Shown: positions 49,387 to 57,483 of the stretch, one piece after another
How the letters are laid out: each line of letters begins with the position of its first letter
Numbering within the stretch: position 1 is the first letter of the stretch
DNA from: an uncultured virus (IMG/VR IMGVR_UViG_3300030102_004953)
Taxonomy: Duplodnaviria; Heunggongvirae; Uroviricota; Caudoviricetes
IMG/VR virus record: IMGVR_UViG_3300030102_004953
Direction: 5' to 3' (one strand)
DNA: 64,000 nucleotides
The notes under the pieces: model-generated
Database searches by the model: none
Told to the model about the DNA's origin: nothing
What the model saw: only the letters and a program-made list of their open reading frames with translations
Translations under genes and position numbers: made by a program

Positions 49387-49464
49387 ATAAAGTAGTGGGG
49401 AAGTCCTCACGCCCTATTGTTTGATATTATCGCTCGCCAGTTTGTGGTGTTTATCCACTACTTG

Positions 49465-49537
49465 TGGAGCTGACAGGAGTCGAACCTGCGACCTCCTCCG
49501 TGCAAGGGAGGCGCTCTCCCAACTGAGCTACAGCCCC
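49465..49537 (-). tRNA. tRNA-Ala(TGC)
   Basis: GGGGCTG acceptor with G3-U70; CCTCC-CTTGCAC-GGAGG anticodon arm. Confidence 0.95.
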
Positions 49538-49543
49538 AAAAAT

Positions 49544-49607
49544 AGGGCTCAAGAGAAAGGAGTAAAAACTTGAGCCCTCACGCCGGTAAACATTTGTAAC
49601 CGACGTG
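49544..49607 (-). ncRNA. Two-hairpin leader/sRNA with anti-Shine-Dalgarno-like loop
   Basis: 9-bp stem followed by 10-bp stem AGGGCTCAAG/CTTGAGCCCT enclosing TTTTTACTCCTTTCT. Confidence 0.45.
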
Positions 49608-49628
49608 TATAAATATTAACTACTCAAT

Positions 49629-50585
49629 CTAAATTACACTTTCTGTTTCAGATATAATTGTAGCTAATTCGATTAACTCGTAAGTGTAACCTGCAGGAAC
49701 TAAAAACGTATCAAGTAACTTAGTGTGCATTGGCTTCACGTCGTTTATCCATTTAGATTCTGCATCAGGTGTTGGATGATGAATTAGAATACGAAGATTC
49801 TTTCTACTACCACCCATATTAGCAAACACCTTATCCATAATCTTACGCCAATCAAACAACTTAGAAGTCATCATCCAAGTAATTGATTTAGAATCAGAAA
49901 ATGCATCTATAGTTTCTTGACTTTCAATACTTCTTGGATCCCACTTCTTCCAAACACCGCCTAACATTTTACCAACGTTTATCTTATCCACAGCATCTTT
50001 AGCTTTTGAAATAATCGCTGTACACTCTCTACTTGAACATCCAGCCTGCATTAAGAATATGAGGTTATGAGGATCTTCAATTAGAATACCATCGGTTTCA
50101 AAGTTGTTAACAAGTGTCTTAACAAAGTCATCATTTGAACTTGGGTTTCTACGCTTCTTTGGTTTTGGGTTAAGTAATATACCTAACATCCTAACCTCTG
50201 CATCACTCCAACCTTCATCATACAAGTTACCTAAGTTAATAACTTTAGCTGATGTAGCTTTCTTAGATGAAAGAATACCAGCTCTGGTATGATTACCACC
50301 AATGATTACTTTGTTACCTTCCCTATCAATGAAAACAATAATAGGATCTGTCATATCAAGATTACCATCGTTATCATCTAACTGGTCAGTTATGTAACGA
50401 GCTAAATCAGGATCAGTAATATACCTAATTTGTTTCATTCTATAAGTTTTTAATTCGTCTTTAGTTATAATTTCTACCTTATAATTACCGTCGTTTATAG
50501 AACGTATAACTTCAAGACCTCTCATCGATGGAGAATCGATTAACATATTGTCATCCTCTCGCATCGCTTGTAGTCTATGTGCCAT
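49629..50585 (-). CDS. ParB/Srx-like N-terminal domain protein
   Basis: DPIIV...IIGGNHTRAG. Confidence 0.55.
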   Translation of the reverse strand: MAHRLQAMREDDNMLIDSPSMRGLEVIRSINDGNYKVEIITKDELKTYRMKQIRYITDPDLARYITDQLDDNDGNLDMTDPIIVFIDREGNKVIIGGNHTRAGILSSKKATSAKVINLGNLYDEGWSDAEVRMLGILLNPKPKKRRNPSSNDDFVKTLVNNFETDGILIEDPHNLIFLMQAGCSSRECTAIISKAKDAVDKINVGKMLGGVWKKWDPRSIESQETIDAFSDSKSITWMMTSKLFDWRKIMDKVFANMGGSRKNLRILIHHPTPDAESKWINDVKPMHTKLLDTFLVPAGYTYELIELATIISETESVI

Positions 50586-50622
50586 AGTTTGTTTTTCCTT
50601 GTATTGTTATTTGTGTTATTTG

Positions 50623-51120
50623 TCATTTTGCTATTACCAATTTTCCATATTGTTTGATAATTTTTTCTGAAATCGTTACACCTAATCTTGGGTCTTTTCT
50701 TTTTAAAGTTGAACCATAAGATTTCTTTAACTTAGGTAAGAGAATATCTATCACATCTTTGGCATCTAATACATACATCTCAACTATCTTAGTACCCTCG
50801 AATCTTGCGTAGTAATGATATGGATACTTACCAATCTTTTCTTCAATGATATACTTCTCTTGTTCTTCCCACGTATCTTGTACAGATATACCATTGTAGG
50901 TTGCAGAAATCTTTTTACCTATAGTAGATTTATATTCTACAGGTGTTCCATCAGGCATTATACCATCTGCGCCAGAATAGTTCTTTGGAACCGTATGTCC
51001 TAACTCTGCCGCCATTAAAACTTCTTTTACTTTTGAGTAAGAAAATATATCACCCAAATCCATAGCAGCTGTAAGCTTATCTATCTCATTAAGGTGGTAT
51101 TTTATTTCATTAAGATTCAT
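50623..51120 (-). CDS. PD-(D/E)XK restriction-endonuclease-like protein
   Basis: KE...GADG...VEYKS. Confidence 0.55.
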   Translation of the reverse strand: MNLNEIKYHLNEIDKLTAAMDLGDIFSYSKVKEVLMAAELGHTVPKNYSGADGIMPDGTPVEYKSTIGKKISATYNGISVQDTWEEQEKYIIEEKIGKYPYHYYARFEGTKIVEMYVLDAKDVIDILLPKLKKSYGSTLKRKDPRLGVTISEKIIKQYGKLVIAK

Positions 51121-51355
51121 TATATCTCCTTTTATAATTTCTCTCTTGAACTTCTAATATATGTTTACAATATCTTATCTTATGTTTCCTACGAAACTTA
51201 AACGCTGGGCAATCACAAGCCCACTCTATCCTACTTCTATCAAATCTAATATCATAATCTTTACCATCTACCTTATAGTGTTCCCACCCATAATCATCGA
51301 TGAGAACACCATCAAACAAATCCATTACAACATCTACTAATGGATGTTTAGACAT
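51110..51355 (-). CDS. SWIM zinc-finger protein
   Basis: CDCPAF...CKH. Confidence 0.75.
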   Translation of the reverse strand: MSKHPLVDVVMDLFDGVLIDDYGWEHYKVDGKDYDIRFDRSRIEWACDCPAFKFRRKHKIRYCKHILEVQERNYKRRYNES

Positions 51356-51481
51356 TACCTAATACCATAAGTAGTCCGAATACAAAAAATATCCATAGAA
51401 GTGTTAAGAATTCGGCAACGTGATATAACTTTTTTCTAAACATCATTTTTTTGAATGTAAGTTGTTTTTTCATATTTACCT

Positions 51482-51892
51482 CTATTTTAAATACTCAGGA
51501 CCAGTCCACTCATACCAGTCAGTTCTCGCTTCGAAAATGTTACCTCTTGCCCACTTAGCTGGCGAAGCCCAAGAAGCTGGTTTGAAAGTATCACCTCTCG
51601 TGTAAGGAATGTTTTTGTGGATTCCATCACTCATAGCAACAAATCCCCAAACACTTGAACCATTTACAACTTTAATAAACTTCTTACCTGGTTTGAAATT
51701 TATATCAAACTTATCAATATTATATCCACCCCAATTTTTATACTTGAGAAGTATATTATTTTTAAGTGTTTCAAGAGCTATGTTCATATCTCTCGTTGGG
51801 TTGTTTGGATCTGTCGTGGGAGTATTATCCTTTACCTTATCTGTTACAGGTGAAAGCTGTGGAGACACTCCGTTTATAAAACTAAAACTCAT
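51482..51892 (-). CDS. Conserved-looking phage early protein
   Basis: GKKFIKV...SVWGFV...GD.FKPASW..PAK.ARGNIF; start likely MSFSF, downstream of the promoter. Confidence 0.6.
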   Translation of the reverse strand: MSFSFINGVSPQLSPVTDKVKDNTPTTDPNNPTRDMNIALETLKNNILLKYKNWGGYNIDKFDINFKPGKKFIKVVNGSSVWGFVAMSDGIHKNIPYTRGDTFKPASWASPAKWARGNIFEARTDWYEWTGPEYLK

Positions 51893-51924
51893 TTCTTTTC
51901 CTTTTCCTTTACTTTTCATACTCG

Positions 51925-51954
51925 ATCTTAACACAAAATGACCATATGTGTCAA
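51925..51954 (-). promoter_or_regulatory. sigma70-type promoter
   Basis: TTGACA-18-TAAGAT; nearly identical to 53115-53144. Confidence 0.75.
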
Positions 51955-51962
51955 GTCTTTTT

Positions 51963-52238
51963 TTAATTAAATGGATTATTTTTTGTTAGGTTTTCCCCTA
52001 CCCAACCTTTAGATTCAGAGTATACCATTTTAAAATTACGACCCAATCCACTAACATCTTGAGATACTCTAACCACATCTACCGTATCCCAATCAAAATA
52101 CTTTTTCATAACCGATGTTATATACCAGCTTTTATTTTTATCAGTTGTATGTAAATGGTCTGTAAAGCTCATAGTTTTCCCATTAGCTTTAAACCTAAAT
52201 AAAAACCTGTATGATTTCATAGGTGATTTCCAACTCAT
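51963..52238 (-). CDS. Hypothetical protein
   Basis: Overlap-coupled ORF. Confidence 0.5.
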   Translation of the reverse strand: MSWKSPMKSYRFLFRFKANGKTMSFTDHLHTTDKNKSWYITSVMKKYFDWDTVDVVRVSQDVSGLGRNFKMVYSESKGWVGENLTKNNPFN

Positions 52239-52507
52239 ATTAATTCTCCAAACATTATTAATTCTGAAATTAGTTTATCTTCTGCTTCAGTCCAACAAGT
52301 AGCGTTCCAATTTTCCCAAAGTACAAAACCTGTCTCATCAGATATTTTGTGAACCCTAACATCACCAGCATAATCTGTATCATATGTGATGGTGAAAGAT
52401 TTTGAAGTAGTTACTACAGGCTCTTCTGAGGTTAACCACTCATTCACAGCCTCACCGACTGTTGATTTGAATAATTCTTTATTTGATGGTAATAATTTTT
52501 CTAACAT
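52235..52507 (-). CDS. Hypothetical protein
   Basis: Overlap-coupled ORF. Confidence 0.5.
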   Translation of the reverse strand: MLEKLLPSNKELFKSTVGEAVNEWLTSEEPVVTTSKSFTITYDTDYAGDVRVHKISDETGFVLWENWNATCWTEAEDKLISELIMFGELI

Positions 52508-52630
52508 CTATTTTCTTTCGCTGCTTTAACTCTAGCTTCTCTTCCCATCTCTCTTACCCTTTTATCACTTTTTTTTACCAATTTCATATAATCTTCGTAA
52601 GTCATTTATATTCCCTTTATTAACTGGTAT

Positions 52631-52659
52631 AATATACTAAAAAAAACAATACGTGTCAA
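52631..52659 (-). promoter_or_regulatory. sigma70-type promoter
   Basis: TTGACA-17-TATATT. Confidence 0.7.
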
Positions 52660-52792
52660 GTCTTTTTTTTATTTTTTTTCAACCTACTATATATCTTATT
52701 ATCTATCTTAGTATCACTAAGCCAGTATTGATATACCCCCTTAGTTTCGGTGAAAAAATTTAGATATTTTAATAACCCAAATTTATTTTTCA

Positions 52793-53089
52793 TTATACTC
52801 CCATTGATGTTAATACTTTGTCCTCAAGCCAATTCGCTTCTTCATCGGACATTAATTCCATATCCCAAGCATCTAACTTAGATTCGTTTAGTTCTGCTTG
52901 GTATTGCTCTTCAATCAACTGTTTGTTGATTAACTTTACAGTCTTTTCTGGCATCCAACTTAGTTTCCACGGCTTACCATCTGCCCAAACATCAACTACC
53001 TTTACGTTATCGGAAACTGAAGAAAGAACCCATTCTACTTTCAACTCTCCATCAAAGTTTGGAAGATTTATTACTGATACTTTAGTCAT
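52793..53089 (-). CDS. Hypothetical early protein
   Basis: AAGGAG RBS directly after the promoter. Confidence 0.65.
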   Translation of the reverse strand: MTKVSVINLPNFDGELKVEWVLSSVSDNVKVVDVWADGKPWKLSWMPEKTVKLINKQLIEEQYQAELNESKLDAWDMELMSDEEANWLEDKVLTSMGV

Positions 53090-53114
53090 TTGATTACTCC
53101 TTAATTTCTGTTAG

Positions 53115-53144
53115 ATCTTAACACAAAATGACCATACAAGTCAA
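53115..53144 (-). promoter_or_regulatory. sigma70-type promoter
   Basis: TTGACT-18-TAAGAT. Confidence 0.75.
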
Positions 53145-53153
53145 GTCTTTTTT

Positions 53154-53696
53154 TTATGCTTGTTTTATATTAGATATTTGTTCGAATGTTTCGATATCTT
53201 CTTTGGTTAGATTTAGCTGATGTTGTGTTTCTAACATCTTCCTATCTTCCTCAGGAAAATATCTAAAGTAACCTGAACTCTTTAACTTCTCGTGTGCTTC
53301 AGCTAGTGCATTGTGTGTGGTTATATTAATAAGGAATGTAGGTGCGTGTTCTCTTGTATCAACACCAGCAACCGTGTATTTCTCATAAGGTGAAAAGCAT
53401 ATAGACTTTAAATCAGCTGTATGATTACGTTTACTAAGTTCACCATTTATATAACTCTGATACTTCTCTCTGTTTATGTTTTCTAGGTTATCACCTCGTT
53501 GTATTATTAGTACGCTTGAGTGTTCTCTCATATGTTGGTAAGCTACATCTAATAACGATAACTTGTCATCAGGATAATAATCTACAATGCTCATCGTATT
53601 CAACTCTGACTTTATAAACGGGCAAACCGGCATACCACCAAACTTCTCGTGTGGTGTCATTAAGAAGTTAAAATATTTTATTAGTTCTATGTACAC
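53154..53696 (-). CDS. Hypothetical protein (GGMPVCPF motif)
   Basis: 180-aa coupled ORF. Confidence 0.55.
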   Translation of the reverse strand: MYIELIKYFNFLMTPHEKFGGMPVCPFIKSELNTMSIVDYYPDDKLSLLDVAYQHMREHSSVLIIQRGDNLENINREKYQSYINGELSKRNHTADLKSICFSPYEKYTVAGVDTREHAPTFLINITTHNALAEAHEKLKSSGYFRYFPEEDRKMLETQHQLNLTKEDIETFEQISNIKQA

Positions 53697-54046
53697 TAAA
53701 TCTTTACAACATTAGTAACCTGTATTAGAATAATCGCTATAGCCAGTAGAATACAGATTATAGTTTTTATGGTGGGTACTTCATTTAAGAATATGTAACT
53801 CATTATACCAAACATAATAGTTCCTACACCAAAACCTATCAAACGAATATTCCAAGTGAATCCAAAGTGTTCGTAAGATAGTTTACTTGCTATAAAGAAT
53901 AGAGTACCAATCGGTATACCAACTACACCCATCCAATATGGATTATTCCAAAACTTACTATTAGTCATAAATTGTGTGTTAAGCTGAAACCAAGCTAGTA
54001 TATTACTGAATGCTAAGATTATAACTGCTAGAGTTAACTTAGTCAT
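53696..54046 (-). CDS. Small 4-TM DMT/SMR-like membrane protein
   Basis: Four hydrophobic helices; FLNE.P. Confidence 0.55.
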   Translation of the reverse strand: MTKLTLAVIILAFSNILAWFQLNTQFMTNSKFWNNPYWMGVVGIPIGTLFFIASKLSYEHFGFTWNIRLIGFGVGTIMFGIMSYIFLNEVPTIKTIICILLAIAIILIQVTNVVKI

Positions 54047-54134
54047 CTATAGATTCCTTTTTTTATTTCCTTTAGAAACTTTCTTATATGGTATACGCAA
54101 AATGCACCAATTAATATTAAAGCTATATAATCTA

Positions 54135-54881
54135 TCATTTGTAGTTAATCCCTATATTCCAACTCATACTTAATCTCTCGCCAGGTCCTTTAAATGGATA
54201 CACCACGTGGTTCAACCAAGATGGGAATACAGCGAACAAGCCAGGATATGGTACGTGGTGTTGGTTACCATTATAAATAAATTGTCTCATATAATCTGCT
54301 GTGCTTGTATCCCATAGTAGTTCGGTTATACCATCCAGTTTATTCTCATCGAAGTAACCCTTTGGTATCTGCTCAGGTACTTTAAGATGTAAGAAGCCAG
54401 ATAATGTACTATGGTAGTTAGAGCTGTGAAAATGTATTGGGTTGTAATCTCCCTCGTATTGATGTACAGTCCACATATCATCGATATGAATATCAAACTT
54501 CTCAGGTAATCCACTACCTAACATCACACCACCACCAAACTCTCTAAAGGAACCTACATACTGATTGGTTGCTTCTATCAATACGTGTACTAGATTCTGT
54601 ACCATAGGATGTTTCGGGTCTATCTGTAGTTGTTTACTCTTCGGTGTATCCATCCTACCAACTAAAGCACTATCATAATCCTTACCGTGATTTTCGAAAC
54701 CACTCCACCTTACAGGATTTGTTGTGTTCCTCTGCTTACCATCGTGGTAAACATCATCGCACATTTGGATGAGTTCGTTTATAACCTCATCCGTTAAGAC
54801 TCCCTCTACTATATGGAATCGTGGTATGTGTCGTAATGCAAGTTCATCTTTAAGCAAAGACTTCATTTCTACATTCTTCAC
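54135..54881 (-). CDS. 2OG-Fe(II) oxygenase (TIGR02466-like)
   Basis: NPIHFH, LSG, FPSWLNHVVYPF, RLSMSWN. Confidence 0.85.
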   Translation of the reverse strand: MKNVEMKSLLKDELALRHIPRFHIVEGVLTDEVINELIQMCDDVYHDGKQRNTTNPVRWSGFENHGKDYDSALVGRMDTPKSKQLQIDPKHPMVQNLVHVLIEATNQYVGSFREFGGGVMLGSGLPEKFDIHIDDMWTVHQYEGDYNPIHFHSSNYHSTLSGFLHLKVPEQIPKGYFDENKLDGITELLWDTSTADYMRQFIYNGNQHHVPYPGLFAVFPSWLNHVVYPFKGPGERLSMSWNIGINYK

Positions 54882-55068
54882 AATAGTGGTAGTGAATAGC
54901 TCCGTTTACATCTAAACGTTTCTTCTTCTTACCACCCTTTACATACACTTCGGTTGATTGAGGCATTATACTCTTGGTATAGTCTATTAACCTAACCTTT
55001 TCACATACAGTGCATTTTCTTCGAATTGGCTTACGTACTATCGGTTCTTGTTTTTTTCTTCTTATCAT
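54850..55068 (-). CDS. Small zinc-ribbon protein
   Basis: CTVC...CEEC. Confidence 0.55.
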   Translation of the reverse strand: MIRRKKQEPIVRKPIRRKCTVCEKVRLIDYTKSIMPQSTEVYVKGGKKKKRLDVNGAIHYHYCEECRNEVFA

Positions 55069-55183
55069 AACCTACCTATAATTAGATTGTTAATATTCTT
55101 AATTACATTATTTTAATCATTAGTAATCAAATGATACACAGCCATCACTATACAAAATATAGCTAAACCAGCGAGTACCCAAA

Positions 55184-55453
55184 TCACCCTAAGTGACCTC
55201 CCTTGTACTCAACTGCTTCCGCCATAGTTGGTGGAAACAATTCAAGTTGGTTAGGGTCTTTCTTATAAGGTGAAAAAAATTCTCCATACTCATCAACCCA
55301 TAACTCCCACGGCGAATCTTTACCATCTTCATTCGGTGTGTAAGTCATATTGACTGCTATCGTATCTAACATATCAGGTGTTAACGGGTCTTGTGAAATT
55401 AATCTGATTGGTAACTTACTGTGTCTAATCTGGTACATAGTGTTTTCTCCCAT
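55184..55453 (-). CDS. Hypothetical protein
   Basis: GAGG RBS. Confidence 0.5.
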   Translation of the reverse strand: MGENTMYQIRHSKLPIRLISQDPLTPDMLDTIAVNMTYTPNEDGKDSPWELWVDEYGEFFSPYKKDPNQLELFPPTMAEAVEYKGGHLG

Positions 55454-55564
55454 AATCCCCTCGTTGTATTATCTTGTTAAAGTATCTACCTAACCATATA
55501 CAGAACAATGGTAGTAGTATGTAGTGAATAGCGAGTATCTCGATTCTTTCCCAAATGGTTAATC

Positions 55565-55789
55565 TCACGGCATCCTCTTCACGGTGTGGACGGGGACGGT
55601 GTATGTTCGAGAGGTCGCTAAATCTTTTACGTAGTATGTGGTAGGGAAGTGGTTTATCTCCATTAGTACAACTATGCTATCCTTTGGTAAATCACCGCTA
55701 ACCTCGTGATGGTCTTTTATAACCTTAAACTTATCACCCGACTTCACGCCGAAGTGTTCCTTACTACGTCGGTTAAACTTCTTCTGCAT
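55565..55789 (-). CDS. Small SH3/KOW-like hypothetical protein
   Basis: KSGDKFKV... beta-rich pattern. Confidence 0.45.
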   Translation of the reverse strand: MQKKFNRRSKEHFGVKSGDKFKVIKDHHEVSGDLPKDSIVVLMEINHFPTTYYVKDLATSRTYTVPVHTVKRMP

Positions 55790-55790
55790 C

Positions 55791-56039
55791 TTACAATGGT
55801 AACCCGTGACCCGTATTTACATAGACGGGTTTCTCTTCTTTCTTCTCTTCTCTCTTCTTATTCATCTCTTCAATAAAGTGGTCGTGTTTAATAACGTGAG
55901 GTGGTTTACCTAAAGTCTTTACGAAGTTATCCCAAGAGCCGTTTGCTATACGTTCCTGCATAAGCTCCTGAATCTCATCCCAACTCATCCGTTTGATAGT
56001 ATCCTTATACCATCCAAGTGTATCGTATTCTTCACTCAT
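55791..56039 (-). CDS. Hypothetical protein
   Basis: In-operon ORF. Confidence 0.45.
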   Translation of the reverse strand: MSEEYDTLGWYKDTIKRMSWDEIQELMQERIANGSWDNFVKTLGKPPHVIKHDHFIEEMNKKREEKKEEKPVYVNTGHGLPL

Positions 56040-56529
56040 CTTGGCGGCATAAGAATGTTATTCATACCATCCATCACACGTTGCAAGAATATGTTCTTCT
56101 CGGTATTACGCTTCTTATATTTCCTACGGGTGGTACGCTTAATAATTTTCTTCTGACCCATACTAAAACCCTCGTTTCTTCTTTAACTTATTATACTTCT
56201 TACGTAAGGAACGCTTCTTCTCTCTCATACGCACTAACAACTCCATCTGCAACCTCTTTATACCCTTACGCTTCTTACGAGCCCAAAAGCTCCTACGCCT
56301 TCTTTCTCCTCTATTCATATAACTCCCCTATTGTTATAATAATAAATACTAGATTGAGCTAAAATAAATCTTTATGCGACACTTCCCCAACGCTACTTTG
56401 ATATGGTATTACCATATAAACAATATTAATATTCCCATAGGGATAAATTTTAACCTCGGGTCGTATACACGCTCAGCTCACAAAAAAGGTGGTTAGCCTT
56501 TCTACGTTCACGGTTAAATGACCACCCCC

Positions 56530-56712
56530 CTATGCTCTGCCTATCGGTATCCCCTTATCCTGCCAGTGTCCTATGTTCTCCCACATAGCCATCAGGCTCA
56601 GTTGTAGCGTGCTGTCGTCCATCTCCGTGTAGAAGCTACCATCCATCATATCCGCCAGTAGGTTGCGTATTATCTCCCTATCCACGTTATCTATTATATT
56701 GTCTAGTTGCAT
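56530..56712 (-). CDS. Hypothetical protein
   Basis: 60-aa ORF downstream of the RNA operon. Confidence 0.45.
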   Translation of the reverse strand: MQLDNIIDNVDREIIRNLLADMMDGSFYTEMDDSTLQLSLMAMWENIGHWQDKGIPIGRA

Positions 56713-56750
56713 TTGAGCTCTTTCTTTTTTATATGCCGCTTAAAATCTTG

Positions 56751-56822
56751 AGCGGTGTGTTGGTACTGCCCCAACCCCTCTTCTATGGAATAGAAGCGTA
56801 TCTCTCTTGATACTTCCACCGC
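56751..56822 (-). tRNA. Non-canonical tRNA-Gly(TCC)-like RNA
   Basis: GCGGTGG AA GTAT-CAAGAGAG-ATAC G CTTCT-ATTCCAT-AGAAG AGGG GTTGG-GGCAGTA-CCAAC ACACCGC T: 72-nt cloverleaf with Gly identity elements. Confidence 0.7.
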
Positions 56823-56866
56823 ATATGTAAATAGTATTAGATTATTCAGAATACTATTTTTTTTAT

Positions 56867-56951
56867 CCGAGCCGCTATGATTCGAACATAGCAGTTATAT
56901 CTCCACTACTCGTTAAGCGTGGTGTGGCAATACAACTTCACCAGCAGCTCA
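56867..56951 (-). ncRNA. tRNA-like RNA lacking a D stem (tmRNA-TLD-like)
   Basis: TGAGCTG/CGGCTCG acceptor, CTATG-TTCGAAT-CATAG T arm, long internal helix AGTTGTAT/ATATAACT. Confidence 0.6.
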
Positions 56952-57112
56952 CCCCATCGTGTTTAGCTGGATTGTTCTTGAACGACACCACGCTCACATT
57001 AGGATTTTTCAAAAATCTTTGGGTGGTTGGTATTCTTACGATTCACTTAGCCCCGAGGGACCACCCTTATTACGATTACCCATTAGAAGTTGTCTGCTTC
57101 CACCACGTGGGT
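56951..57112 (-). ncRNA. 6S-like rod-shaped RNA candidate
   Basis: Paired ends, irregular long stem, A/T-rich central bubble (12 + 17 nt), inner GGGTGGT/ACCACCC helix. Confidence 0.5.
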
Positions 57113-57122
57113 TTCTCTATAG

Positions 57123-57243
57123 AGACAAGATAGGGACTCGAACCCTACAGCTCCTCAAACAAAACTCAAGTAATCAGCTCTTTGTTTCTCAGAACACCAC
57201 TAGACTCAGAGGGTGATTAGCCCTCATCAACGCCCGTCTTGCC
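57123..57243 (-). ncRNA. Enlarged tRNA-like RNA (121 nt)
   Basis: GGCAAGA/TCTTGTC acceptor, TAGGG-TTCGAGT-CCCTA T arm, two internal hairpins. Confidence 0.6.
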
Positions 57244-57272
57244 TTTCGAATTCTTCAAATAACTTACCCCCT

Positions 57273-57302
57273 AATATACGCATAAAGCCCCATACGTGTC
57301 AA
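57273..57302 (-). promoter_or_regulatory. sigma70-type promoter for the RNA operon
   Basis: TTGACA-18-TATATT with upstream A-tract. Confidence 0.75.
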
Positions 57303-57373
57303 GTCTTTTTTTGCTTTAACCTAAACTTTTTAGATGCCGCCATCGCACGAGCCTAAAATAGTTAAGAAAGTGC

Positions 57374-57403
57374 TTGACTTGTATTGGGTTTATTTCGTAA
57401 ATT
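57374..57403 (+). promoter_or_regulatory. sigma70-type promoter (plus strand)
   Basis: TTGACT-18-TAAATT. Confidence 0.6.
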
Positions 57404-57453
57404 ACGGGTTAAGCCTTAAACGCAACGGCTATAGCGCGTGGTATACAAGTTGG

Positions 57454-57483
57454 AATATAATACATATAACCTATACAAGTCAA
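57454..57483 (-). promoter_or_regulatory. sigma70-type promoter
   Basis: TTGACT-18-TATATT. Confidence 0.7.

Noticed and set aside
56867..56951. Standard tRNA-Leu(TAA)
   Set aside because: CTTAA is present, but there is no D stem, 5-bp anticodon stem or variable arm in canonical positions
56924..57216. Two plus-strand ORFs (69 and 85 aa)
   Set aside because: Antisense to the tRNA-like/6S-like RNAs; better explained by RNA structure
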